Shown here: one piece after another, positions 1 to 9,711 of the stretch
Position numbering within the stretch: position 1 is the first letter of the stretch
How the letters are laid out: the number at the start of each line of letters is the position of its first letter
From: Opitutaceae bacterium
GTDB taxonomy: Bacteria > Verrucomicrobiota > Verrucomicrobiia > Opitutales > Opitutaceae
NCBI GenBank assembly: GCA_035568935.1
Contig: DATMNP010000121.1
Location: 6,190-70,189, forward strand
Reading direction: 5' to 3'
DNA length: 64,000 nt
Made by a program: the position numbers and the translations under genes
Notes under the pieces: generated by a model
What the model saw: the letters and a program-made list of their open reading frames with translations, nothing else
What the model was told of the DNA's origin: nothing
Databases searched by the model: none

Positions 1-878
1 TCAAGACCGCCGCCACCAAGCTCGACATCAACCTCGAGGGCATGCGCCTCATCGAGCCGATCCGCAGCGAGGACTTTGAGGTTTTGGCCGGGGAATTCAC
101 CCAGCTCCGCCGCGACAAAGGCCTCACGCCCGACGAGGGCCGCGCCGCGATGTGCGACACCAATTACTTCGCCACCATGATGCTCGCCACCGGCCGGGTC
201 GATGCGCTGGTGGCCGGGGCCACCGTCACCGCCTCCAGCGCCCTGCGCCCGCTTTTCCAGATTATCCCGCGCCTGGAAAACGTCCGCGTCGCCTCGTCGC
301 TCATGATTCTCGACTTCGACGAGAAAAAAGTCGGCAGCGACGGCTCGCTCTTCCTGGCCGACTGCGGGGTCATCCCCGACCCCACCGCCGAGCAGCTCTG
401 CGACATCGCGCTTTCGACGGCGATGATCGCCCACCACCTCACCAACGAGATTCCGCGCATTGCCATGCTCAGTTATGCCTCGAAGAGCACTTCCAGCCAG
501 CCTTCGCTCGTCAAAGTGCGCACCGCCACTGAACTCGCCCGCGCCAAGGCCCAGGCCGCGCACCTCCCGCTTGAGATCGACGGCGAACTCCAGCTCGATG
601 CCGCGCTCGACCCGTACACCGCCGAGGCCAAAAAAATTGGCGGCTCCGTGGCCGGCCGGGCCAACGTCCTCATTTTTCCCGACCTCAACAGCGCCAACAT
701 CGGCTACAAACTCGTGCAGGTCCTGGCTGGCGCCAACACCTTCGGCCAGATCCTCACCGGCCTCAGCAAACCCGCGGCCGAAATCAGCCGCGGCGCCAGC
801 GCCCACGACATCTTTGGTGCAGCCGCCGTTGTCGGCTGCCAGGCCACCGACCGCCGCCTGCTCTACGGTACAACCTGA
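1..878 (+). CDS. pta: Phosphate acetyltransferase (PTA_PTB catalytic domain), 5' end outside window
   Basis: The frame stays open from nt 3 (KTAATKLDINLEG precedes the Met at 42), so the gene starts upstream. Family-typical stretches are VDALVAGATVTASSALRP, ANVLIFPDLNSANIGYKLVQ and GLSKPAAEISRGAS. Confidence 0.8.
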   Translation, partial: KTAATKLDINLEGMRLIEPIRSEDFEVLAGEFTQLRRDKGLTPDEGRAAMCDTNYFATMMLATGRVDALVAGATVTASSALRPLFQIIPRLENVRVASSLMILDFDEKKVGSDGSLFLADCGVIPDPTAEQLCDIALSTAMIAHHLTNEIPRIAMLSYASKSTSSQPSLVKVRTATELARAKAQAAHLPLEIDGELQLDAALDPYTAEAKKIGGSVAGRANVLIFPDLNSANIGYKLVQVLAGANTFGQILTGLSKPAAEISRGASAHDIFGAAAVVGCQATDRRLLYGTT

Positions 879-902
879 TCCATCCCCTGCATTCCCGGCC
901 TC

Positions 903-2060
903 ATGCCTGCGCAAAATCCTTTTGACCAGCCACCGCTGCCGCTGCTTCGCACCCCGACGAACATCATCACCAAGCGCATCTTCGTTGCGGCCACGCGGAT
1001 GAATGACGGCAAGACGACGACCTGCCTGGGCCTCTTTGCCGCACTCCAGTCCCTCTTCCCCCGCGTCGGCTTCATCAAGCCGATCGGCCAGCGCTTCATC
1101 GAAGTCGACGGCCACAAGGTCGATGAAGACTCGTACCTGCTCGACACGATTTACCACGTCCGCGTGCCCATCGAGAGCATGAGCCCGGTCACCGTGGACG
1201 GCACGTTCACCCGCCGCTTCCTCAAGGAGCCCGAGGCCGTATATCCGGAACTCGTGGATAAAATTTGCCGCGCCTTCGACCGCGTCTCATGGGAAAAGGA
1301 TTTCACCCTCATCGAAGGCACCGGCCACGCCGGCGTCGGCTCCGTCTTCGAGCTTTCCAATGCCCGCGTCGCAAAGCTGCTCGGCGCAAAAGTCATCCTC
1401 GTCAGTCCCGGCGGCATCGGCCGGCCCGTCGACGAAATCGCCCTGAACAAGGCCCTCTTCGACCAGGAAGGCGTGGAGGTCATCGGCGCGATCTTGAACA
1501 AGGTCGAAGCCGATAAAATCCCCCAGATCGCGGAATATGCCGGCCTGGGCCTGGCCCGCCTCGGCGTGCCGCTGCTCGGCCTGCTGCCCGTGCAGCCGAT
1601 GCTCTCCGCGCCCAACCTCCTGCAAATCGCCGAGGAGATCGGCGGCCGCTGGCTCAACGCCCGCGCCACCGCGCCCACCGAGCGCGTCTCGCGCGTCGTC
1701 GTCGGCGCCATGACCGCCAAGGGCATTGTCGATTACCTGCAGCCCGGCACCCTGATCATCACGCCCGGGGACCGCGATGACATCATCCTCGCCGCCATTT
1801 CCAGCGCACGCCTGTTCGGCCAGAAAACCATCGCCGGCCTCATCCTCACCAACGACATCCTGCCGCACGAAAAACTCCTCGAGCTGCTCGCGCAGACCGA
1901 CATTCCCGTCATCGCCGCGCGCGAGGAAAGCTACACCATCACCTCGAAAATCAACAGCATGACGGTGAAAACCCAGCCGCAGGACATGGACAAGATCCCC
2001 GTCATCAAACGGCTCATTTTCGAGCACGTGGATCTGAAAAAACTGCTGGCGGCGTTCTAA
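903..2060 (+). CDS. BioD-like P-loop + DRTGG domain protein (equivalent of the N-terminal half of long Pta enzymes)
   Basis: IFVAATRMNDGKTTTCLGL (P-loop-like) and TLIEGTGHAGVGS are followed by LIITPGDRDDIILAA (DRTGG-type). Starts 25 nt after the pta stop on the same strand. Confidence 0.6.
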   Translation: MPAQNPFDQPPLPLLRTPTNIITKRIFVAATRMNDGKTTTCLGLFAALQSLFPRVGFIKPIGQRFIEVDGHKVDEDSYLLDTIYHVRVPIESMSPVTVDGTFTRRFLKEPEAVYPELVDKICRAFDRVSWEKDFTLIEGTGHAGVGSVFELSNARVAKLLGAKVILVSPGGIGRPVDEIALNKALFDQEGVEVIGAILNKVEADKIPQIAEYAGLGLARLGVPLLGLLPVQPMLSAPNLLQIAEEIGGRWLNARATAPTERVSRVVVGAMTAKGIVDYLQPGTLIITPGDRDDIILAAISSARLFGQKTIAGLILTNDILPHEKLLELLAQTDIPVIAAREESYTITSKINSMTVKTQPQDMDKIPVIKRLIFEHVDLKKLLAAF

Positions 2061-2081
2061 TAAGGCGGGGCTCCGCCCGCT

Positions 2082-2744
2082 TTATTTTGCCATCGTCAGC
2101 CGCAGCTTGTTGTCTTCGATGCTCACGTTCGCAAGTTTCTTCCACGCGGCCGAGAGTTCGTCCGGCAGCTCCTGCGCCGCGTAAATTTTTTTCTTCAAAA
2201 ATGACATCAGGACGGGGATGCGTTGGACCGGCAACGACCCGATATAAATCGTGGTCGGCTCATAAACAAATTCATCACCCTCCTTCGCGAAGGCGCCCTG
2301 CAACTGGATGATAACCGCCCCGCTCATTCCAAACAAATCCACCGTATAGGGAATCCCCACTTGCAGCATGCCCCGGCTAAGGTGGAAGTTCACCTCGTTC
2401 GCGGCCGGGGCCTTGGGGTCAGCCGGTTTTTTCGGCGCGCCATTGCTCGAGGCCATCCATGTATTCAGCTCATCCTCGGTCAGGATGACTGAACTGCCTT
2501 CAAGAAAAAGCTGCTGTTTGCGCAGAAGTTGCCCGCCCTTGCCCGCGCCTTTCGCGCCCTGCACATAATAAACCATCCCTGGTTCGCGCTTATCGGCTGC
2601 CGGCAGTTTATCCACCACCGACACGGGTTTGAACAGCAGGTAAAGCCCGGCCAGGACTATACCCAGGGCCAGGCTCAACACCGCACCGAGCACCACCTCG
2701 ACAATACCGGGCCCATACATGGCACGCTGGACTTTTTTATTCAT
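2082..2744 (-). CDS. Hypothetical N-terminally membrane-anchored protein
   Basis: ATG start and a single N-terminal hydrophobic helix (GIVEVVLGAVLSLALGIVLAGLYLLF). Starts 9 nt downstream of the zinc-ribbon gene. No family recognised. Confidence 0.5.
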   Translation of the reverse strand: MNKKVQRAMYGPGIVEVVLGAVLSLALGIVLAGLYLLFKPVSVVDKLPAADKREPGMVYYVQGAKGAGKGGQLLRKQQLFLEGSSVILTEDELNTWMASSNGAPKKPADPKAPAANEVNFHLSRGMLQVGIPYTVDLFGMSGAVIIQLQGAFAKEGDEFVYEPTTIYIGSLPVQRIPVLMSFLKKKIYAAQELPDELSAAWKKLANVSIEDNKLRLTMAK

Positions 2745-2753
2745 GGTTGGCTC

Positions 2754-3023
2754 CTATTTTGCGGCCACAGCCGGCGCGGGCTTGCTTTCGACCGCAGGTT
2801 TGGCCGGCTTGTCCGCCCCGTCAGTTTTTTTTGTGGAAGATCTTTTGTAGTCTGTCTCGTAAAAACCGCTGCCCTTGAAAATCAGCCCGGCACCGCCGCC
2901 AAGCAGGCGCTTGAGCGACTTCCGCCCGCACTTCGGGCATTTTATGAGCGTGGCGTCCTTCATGGATTGGAACACCTCAAAAGCATGGTCGCACTTTGTG
3001 CAAACGTAGTCGTAAGTGGGCAT
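2754..3023 (-). CDS. FmdB-family zinc-ribbon protein
   Basis: MPTYDYVCTKCDHAFE...CPKCG, i.e. two CxxC pairs and the typical MP.Y.Y.C start. The ORF-track start at 3110 is an upstream extension; ATG at 3023. Confidence 0.75.
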   Translation of the reverse strand: MPTYDYVCTKCDHAFEVFQSMKDATLIKCPKCGRKSLKRLLGGGAGLIFKGSGFYETDYKRSSTKKTDGADKPAKPAVESKPAPAVAAK

Positions 3024-3040
3024 AGAGATAACTTCCCATG

Positions 3041-3649
3041 TTATGGCGCCCGTCCGCCGGTTTTGCGAGATTCTTCTATCGCCCGGAAAAATGCCGCGTA
3101 AAAGGTCCATCCGGCGGCCAATCCTGTAAAAACCGTAAAAGTCATCAGGGGGTACCCAACGGTGAGAAACCCGATCAGCGCAAACGTTGGCACCAAAAAC
3201 CGAGCCCGGCCTGCTGCCAGCATCGCGACCAGCACCCGCAGCCGGAATGCATCGCGATATTCCTCCCGTTTTTGGTATTGGTAGATTCCCGCCGCGGTCA
3301 AAGGCCCGGCCAGCAGCATGCCCGGAATCATCGGCACATACACAAAGGCCCCAAATGAAAACAACCGCAACGGCAGCGTCAGTGTCCAGCCCACCGCCAG
3401 CGGCATGACACCCAGCACGAGAAAAATCACGAACGCCGGCACGCCATTGATGAACAGCCGCCGCCAGTCCGCCCAGTCCGGCAGCTCCAGGCTGTCGCCC
3501 CGGCGCGCCCGCGCCACCAATTCATAGAGATAGCCAAACGCAAAAAAATGCGCCACCGGCACCACCAGCAGCACCCCGCCCACCACGCACTTCACGAACC
3601 ATGACGAATCGTTGAATAACCGTTTGCAAACTTGCTCAAGCGTAGGCAT
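3041..3649 (-). CDS. Polytopic membrane protein (DUF4013-like)
   Basis: Start taken at MPTLEQVCKRLF (ATG 3649). The 127-aa R/G-rich extension in the ORF track overlaps ispA antisense. Several hydrophobic helices follow. Confidence 0.55.
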   Translation of the reverse strand: MPTLEQVCKRLFNDSSWFVKCVVGGVLLVVPVAHFFAFGYLYELVARARRGDSLELPDWADWRRLFINGVPAFVIFLVLGVMPLAVGWTLTLPLRLFSFGAFVYVPMIPGMLLAGPLTAAGIYQYQKREEYRDAFRLRVLVAMLAAGRARFLVPTFALIGFLTVGYPLMTFTVFTGLAAGWTFYAAFFRAIEESRKTGGRAP

Positions 3650-3690
3650 TTCGGCAGAGGAAAACTTGCAAGCAACATAGCCGTGCCCGC

Positions 3691-4578
3691 ATGGACTTCT
3701 CAACCAAATTAAACGCCCACCTCGCCCGCATCGAACCCGGCATCGACCAACTGCTGCCGCCCGTGGCCGCCTCCGGCCACGCCGGCCCGCGCCGCATCCA
3801 TGAAGCCATGCGCTACTCCATGCAAGCCGGCGGCAAGCGCCTCCGCCCTGTGCTGGTGCTCGCCGCCGCCGAACTCTTCGGGGAAAAATCCAACGCCCTG
3901 CCCGCCGCCATCGCCATCGAGTGCGTGCACACCTACTCGCTGATCCACGACGATCTGCCCTGCATGGACAACGACGACCTGCGCCGTGGCCGGCCGACGG
4001 CGCATAAAAAATTCGATGAAGCCACCGCACTCCTCGCCGGCGACGCGCTCCTCACCCACGCTTTTGCGCTCCTCGCCGAAAATTACGCGCCCCCCCTCGT
4101 CGCCGAGATGGTGCGCGAACTCGCCACCGCCGCCGGCAGCGCCCACCTCATTGGCGGCCAGATGGAAGACCTCCTCGCCGAGAAAAAAGCCGACGCCACC
4201 GCCGCCGAGCTTGAATTCATCCACCTCAGCAAAACCGCCGCCATGATCAAAGCCTCGCTCGCCCTGGGCGGCTGCTGCGGCAGCGCGACCAAAAACAACC
4301 TCGGCGCACTGCACGACGCCGGCCACCACCTCGGCCTCGCCTTTCAAATCATCGACGACATCCTCGACGCCACGGCCGACACCGCCACGCTCGGCAAGAC
4401 CGCCGGCAAGGACGCCAAGACCGGCAAGACCACCTTCGTAAAACTCCACGGCCTCGGCGCCTCGCGCCGCTTCGCCCGCGAGCATACCGATGCCGCCTGC
4501 GCGTCTCTCGATCGTCTGCCCGGCGACAAAACCTTTCTCACCGCCCTGATTCAAAACATGTCCTCGCGCTCGAAATGA
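3691..4578 (+). CDS. ispA: (E)-polyprenyl diphosphate synthase (FPP/GGPP synthase type)
   Basis: Both aspartate-rich motifs are present: IHDDLPCMDNDDLRRGRPT and FQIIDDILD. Confidence 0.85.
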   Translation: MDFSTKLNAHLARIEPGIDQLLPPVAASGHAGPRRIHEAMRYSMQAGGKRLRPVLVLAAAELFGEKSNALPAAIAIECVHTYSLIHDDLPCMDNDDLRRGRPTAHKKFDEATALLAGDALLTHAFALLAENYAPPLVAEMVRELATAAGSAHLIGGQMEDLLAEKKADATAAELEFIHLSKTAAMIKASLALGGCCGSATKNNLGALHDAGHHLGLAFQIIDDILDATADTATLGKTAGKDAKTGKTTFVKLHGLGASRRFAREHTDAACASLDRLPGDKTFLTALIQNMSSRSK

Positions 4579-5978
4579 GTTCCATGGCCGATTTTACCCA
4601 ATCGGTTCGCAAAGTCTGCACATCAGCCGAGGCCTTTGTCGCCCGAAACGAAAAATGGCTTGTGCCCGCCATCCTGGTGGGGTTCCTGCTCGTTTGCCTG
4701 TGGGTAATCAATAACAACGGCTGGTGCGGCCAGGATTTTAATTTCCATCTCTATTATACGCAACAGCTTTTCAGGAACCCATATGACTGGGTCTATTTGG
4801 ACACAACATCCCGGCCATTGTATTGCTGGATCGGCCTGGCTTGCTTTAAGCTGGAGCCTGGAGCAAGCGGCTTCAGGCTAGTCTCGATTCTTTTTTCAAT
4901 ATCTGGCGCGGCGGCACTTTTCTTGATGCACACTGCCAGCCGGCGTTTCATTCGCTCCCCTCTCTTGCGATGCAGCGCCCTCACACTCATTGCCTCTCTG
5001 CCAGTGACGGTTATCACCACCGTGGTCTACGCAGAAGACACGGTGACGTTATTCCCGTTTGTCTTGGGATGTTGGAGTTTGGTCAAGGCTCTTGAATCGA
5101 CCTTCCATTGGAAAGCGCTATGTTATGCAGCGCTGACAGGACTCACCCTGACGATTGGCTGCTTTGGCAAAGCCACTTTTGCGATCCTTCCACTGGCCGT
5201 GCTTGCGGCGGTAGCGATTTTTTTCCTTTGGAGAAAAATCACGATGCGCAGGGTGGTTTTCATCGTGTTGCTCTCTTCGCTCGCACCGGCATTGGTGGGA
5301 GCCTGGCTCGCCATCAAAAGCAAGAAGGAACTCCACGACGTGTCGTTTAACCACAGTTTCGACTGGCATGGCACCGGCGAAATGACGTGGCGCTCAATCC
5401 TGTTTCCCTATCCGGCCGATGCGCGAATTTTTTCGGCACCGGGCTATTGGGACAAGGACCCTGATGGTTCCCTGCCTTTGCTCAAGAACAACAGCTACTC
5501 CTATCCGGCACTGCTGCACCTGGCCATCTTCACTGACCTCATGGGCTTCGCCAATATCGACCGCCACGCCCGCGGAGCCTGCCGGCCAGAACCCCAAAAA
5601 ACCGAGGCCAGGCTGGCTGTTTGTTCGGGGCTGTTTTTTTCCCTTCCAACGGTTGCAGCAGTCCTGGCCTTTTCCATCCAACTCGGCTGGGCCTGCATCC
5701 GGCGCAATCCCCCGCCCAAGCCATCCTTGGTCGTGTGGTTGCTATTCGCCCTTTTCTGGTATGTTCCCTTGGTGACGATCCTTCCCTATGTCCTGAACGC
5801 CTTTTACTGGGGATTCTGGCTTCCACGCCTCGTTTTGCCTGCCCTGTGGTGTTTTTTTCTCATGCTATTCGCCGCCGTTGATGCCTTGCCGCCCCGTTGG
5901 AGCCGGCCCTTGGCCGGCATTTTGGCACTATCGGTGGCAATTCAAACTTCGTTCGATATCACCAGCATACAATTTTGA
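4575..5978 (+). CDS. Polytopic membrane protein, possibly a GT-C-type glycosyltransferase (function uncertain)
   Basis: 467 aa with more than 10 hydrophobic segments. Its ATG overlaps the ispA stop (ATGA). G+C is visibly lower than in the neighbours. Confidence 0.6.
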   Translation: MSSMADFTQSVRKVCTSAEAFVARNEKWLVPAILVGFLLVCLWVINNNGWCGQDFNFHLYYTQQLFRNPYDWVYLDTTSRPLYCWIGLACFKLEPGASGFRLVSILFSISGAAALFLMHTASRRFIRSPLLRCSALTLIASLPVTVITTVVYAEDTVTLFPFVLGCWSLVKALESTFHWKALCYAALTGLTLTIGCFGKATFAILPLAVLAAVAIFFLWRKITMRRVVFIVLLSSLAPALVGAWLAIKSKKELHDVSFNHSFDWHGTGEMTWRSILFPYPADARIFSAPGYWDKDPDGSLPLLKNNSYSYPALLHLAIFTDLMGFANIDRHARGACRPEPQKTEARLAVCSGLFFSLPTVAAVLAFSIQLGWACIRRNPPPKPSLVVWLLFALFWYVPLVTILPYVLNAFYWGFWLPRLVLPALWCFFLMLFAAVDALPPRWSRPLAGILALSVAIQTSFDITSIQF

Positions 5979-5990
5979 GCCTCTGGAAAT

Positions 5991-6053
5991 CTGTCCGCCG
6001 ACAAAACCTTCCTCACCGCCCTGATCGAGCGCATGGCCAAGCGATCAAGCTGA
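5991..6053 (+). pseudogene. Relic duplicate of the ispA 3' end
   Basis: ctgtccgccgacaaaaccttcctcaccgccctgatcgagcgcatg...tga (LSADKTFLTALIERMAKRSS*) matches the ispA tail at 4516-4578 (LPGDKTFLTALIQNMSSRSK*). Confidence 0.7.
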
Positions 6054-6063
6054 AACCGTGAAG

Positions 6064-6123
6064 GTCGGGGTTTATCCCCGACCCATCCTTAAACGCGGCC
6101 AAATGTCGGGCGCAAAGCCCGAC
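6064..6123. repeat. Bipartite hairpin repeat (gtcggg family)
   Basis: The two hairpins are gtcggggtttatccccgac (6064-6082) and gtcgggcgcaaagcccgac (6105-6123). Related copies lie at 28323-28362 and 33305-33344. Confidence 0.8.
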
Positions 6124-6172
6124 CTACATCGGCTGAATTCAGTCTTCAGTTTTTCAGCCTTTCACCGCGGCT

Positions 6173-6937
6173 TTAGGCTGCGGCCGCGGCGTTGATGAGT
6201 TCGACAAAACTGCGAACTTCGAGGCTCGCCCCGCCAATGAGGCCGCCATCGATGTCCTTTTGCGCCAGCAGCTCGGGCGCATTGGCCGGCTTCATCGAGC
6301 CGCCATAAAGGATGCGGATGCGGCCAGCGGGCTGGTCGCCAAAAATTTTGGTCAAAAGTCCGCGGATGAAAGCGTGCACTTCCTGCGCCTGATCGGCGGT
6401 GGCGTTTTTGCCCGTGCCAATGGCCCAGACCGGTTCGTAGGCGATGATGATATTCGTCGCCTGTTCCTTGCCCACGCCTTCAAGACAGGCCTCAAGCTGG
6501 GTCTGCACAACCTTGAGGGTCGATCCGGCCTCGCGTTCGGCCAGCGTCTCGCCCACGCAGAGAATGGGGCGGAGCTGGTTTTTCAGCGCGGCCAGCACCT
6601 TTTTGTTGATGAACCCGTCGGTCTCGCCGAACAGCGTGCGACGCTCGCTGTGGCCGAGGATGACATGGGTGGCAAAGAATGCGCGCAGCATCGGCGCGGA
6701 GATCTCGCCGGTAAAGGCACCGCTGGCCTCGTGGTGCATGTTTTGCGCGCCGAGTTTGATGGCCGAGCCTTCGACGACCTTGGCCACCGACTCGAGCGCG
6801 GTGAACGGCGGGCACACGACGACATCCACATCGGGCCGGTTGGCCACGGCGAGGACGATTTCGCGCGCCAGTTCCGCCGCTTCGGCGGAGGTCTTGTTCA
6901 TCTTCCAGTTTCCAGCAATGAGCTTTTTGCGAATCAT
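6173..6937 (-). CDS. tpiA: Triosephosphate isomerase
   Basis: LIAGNWKMN, ILGHSERR and AYEPVWAIGTG motifs. Confidence 0.95.
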   Translation of the reverse strand: MIRKKLIAGNWKMNKTSAEAAELAREIVLAVANRPDVDVVVCPPFTALESVAKVVEGSAIKLGAQNMHHEASGAFTGEISAPMLRAFFATHVILGHSERRTLFGETDGFINKKVLAALKNQLRPILCVGETLAEREAGSTLKVVQTQLEACLEGVGKEQATNIIIAYEPVWAIGTGKNATADQAQEVHAFIRGLLTKIFGDQPAGRIRILYGGSMKPANAPELLAQKDIDGGLIGGASLEVRSFVELINAAAAA

Positions 6938-6943
6938 GGTATT

Positions 6944-7037
6944 AGAAAGTAGTGAGTAGCGGGTAGCCAGTAGCGAGTAGAAACTTGATCCGTTGCAAAT
7001 GCTCGCTACTCGATGCCCACTACTCGCTACTTAGAAA
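6944..7037. repeat. Imperfect inverted repeat built from gtagcga-type units (tpiA-pgk spacer)
   Basis: agtagcgagtag at 6969-6980 has its exact complement ctactcgctact at 7020-7031. The flanking arms are made of similar units. Confidence 0.7.
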
Positions 7038-8279
7038 TCAGGTTTCCAGGAAGGCCACTCCCGGCAGCACTTTTCCCTCCAAAAACTCGAGGCTGGCGCC
7101 GCCGCCGGTCGAGCAATGGGACACTTTGGTGTCGACCTTGAACTTCTTCGCGGCCGTGGCGGTGTCGCCGCCGCCCACGACGGTGGTTGCGCCCTTCGCG
7201 GTCGCCTCGGCGATGGCCTCGGCCATGGCTTTGGTCGAGCCGGCAAACTTCTCGAATTCGAATACGCCGGAGGGTCCGTTCCAGATGATGGTCTTGGCGC
7301 GAAGGATGGCCGCGCGGTAAAGCTCGCGCGACTTCGGCCCGCCATCGAGTCCCTGCCAGCCGGCGGGAATGCCGGTGCTGTCGTCGGCCGCCTGCGTGTT
7401 GGCGTTTGCATCGAACTTGTCGGCGCAGATGTAATCGACCGGGAAGATGAGTTTTACGCCGCGCGCCTTGGCCTTTTCGGCGAGGTCAGCGACGATCTTG
7501 GCGCCCTCGGGATCAAAGAGGCTGTCGCCGATCTCCATTTGGTTGAGAACCTTCTTGAAGGTGAAGCTCATGCCGCCGCCGATGATGATTTCGTCGGCTT
7601 TCCCGAGGAGGTTCTTGATCAGCGGAATCTTGTCGGCGATCTTGGCGCCGCCCAGGATGGCCAGCAGCGGGCGCTGCGGATGATCGAGCACGGCGGCGAA
7701 GGCCTTGAGCTCCGCCTCCATCAAGAATCCCGCGGCTTTCACCGGCAACTTCACGCCCACCATGGACGAATGCGCGCGGTGGGCAGTGCCGAAGGCGTCG
7801 TTCACATAAACATCGCCGAGCTTGGAAAGGCTGGCGCGGAATTCCTCGACGGCCTTCGGGTCGGCCTTCTTCGAGGTGCCGTCCTCCAGCTTTACCTTGC
7901 CTTCCTCCTCGATGTGGAAGCGAAGGTTTTCGAGCAGGAGCACATCGCCGGGCACGAGCGCGGCCGAGGCTTTCTCCGCCACGGGACCCACACAGTCCTC
8001 GGCAAAGGCCACGGGCTTGCCGAGCAACTTCCCCAGTTCAGCGGCCACGGGCTTGAGCGAAAATTTCGCGATGCGCTGGCCATCGGGCCGGCCGAGATGC
8101 GACATGAGCACGACGCTCGCGCCTTTCTCGAGGGCAAACTTGATCGTGGGCAGGGCCGCCACGATGCGCTGGTTGTTGGTGATGGCGCCGGTGACTTTGT
8201 CTTGCGGGATGTTGAAATCGACGCGCATGAGCACGCGTTTGCCGGCCAGGTCGAGATCGCGGATGGACTTGAATTTCAT
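7038..8279 (-). CDS. pgk: Phosphoglycerate kinase
   Basis: RVDFNIP, SHLGRP and the GGGDTA C-terminal motif. Confidence 0.95.
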   Translation of the reverse strand: MKFKSIRDLDLAGKRVLMRVDFNIPQDKVTGAITNNQRIVAALPTIKFALEKGASVVLMSHLGRPDGQRIAKFSLKPVAAELGKLLGKPVAFAEDCVGPVAEKASAALVPGDVLLLENLRFHIEEEGKVKLEDGTSKKADPKAVEEFRASLSKLGDVYVNDAFGTAHRAHSSMVGVKLPVKAAGFLMEAELKAFAAVLDHPQRPLLAILGGAKIADKIPLIKNLLGKADEIIIGGGMSFTFKKVLNQMEIGDSLFDPEGAKIVADLAEKAKARGVKLIFPVDYICADKFDANANTQAADDSTGIPAGWQGLDGGPKSRELYRAAILRAKTIIWNGPSGVFEFEKFAGSTKAMAEAIAEATAKGATTVVGGGDTATAAKKFKVDTKVSHCSTGGGASLEFLEGKVLPGVAFLET

Positions 8280-8326
8280 GGAAAAACTGAAGGTCTGAAA
8301 GGTTGAAGCGAACCTCGAAAAAAATT

Positions 8327-8394
8327 AACCACGGATTACACGGATGAGCACAGATAAATTTTCTTCATCCGTGTTAATCCGTGCTATCCGTGGT
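8327..8394. repeat. Inverted repeat (ccacggat / cacggatg units) in the pgk-gap spacer
   Basis: aaccacggattacacggatgag faces ttcatccgtgttaatccgtgctatccgtggt. Confidence 0.7.
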
Positions 8395-8419
8395 CAAGAT
8401 GGTTCGTGGTTTGAGTGGC

Positions 8420-9502
<1,083 letters not shown>

Positions 9503-9661
9503 TTAAAGAATCGCATGTGGACGCGAAGAGACCAACAAAGACCCCGCTTTTCCGCTTGGCAAGAGCCAATACACGTCACGCGCTCATGATCCTTGCGCAT
9601 ATTTTGTCATTTTACATTTCTGACGACCGATCCTTGGAAATGGGCATTCTCGCGAAAGGCT

Positions 9662-9711
9662 GAAGGGCTGAAGACTGATTTTGGATTCAGTCTTTCAGTT
9701 GTTCAGCCCTT
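9662..9711. repeat. Hairpin of ctgaagactga-type units overlapping the GH13 stop codon
   Basis: gaagggctgaagactga...tcagtctttcagttgttcagccctt. A related unit occurs at 6131-6159. No T-run follows, so it is not called a terminator. Confidence 0.6.
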
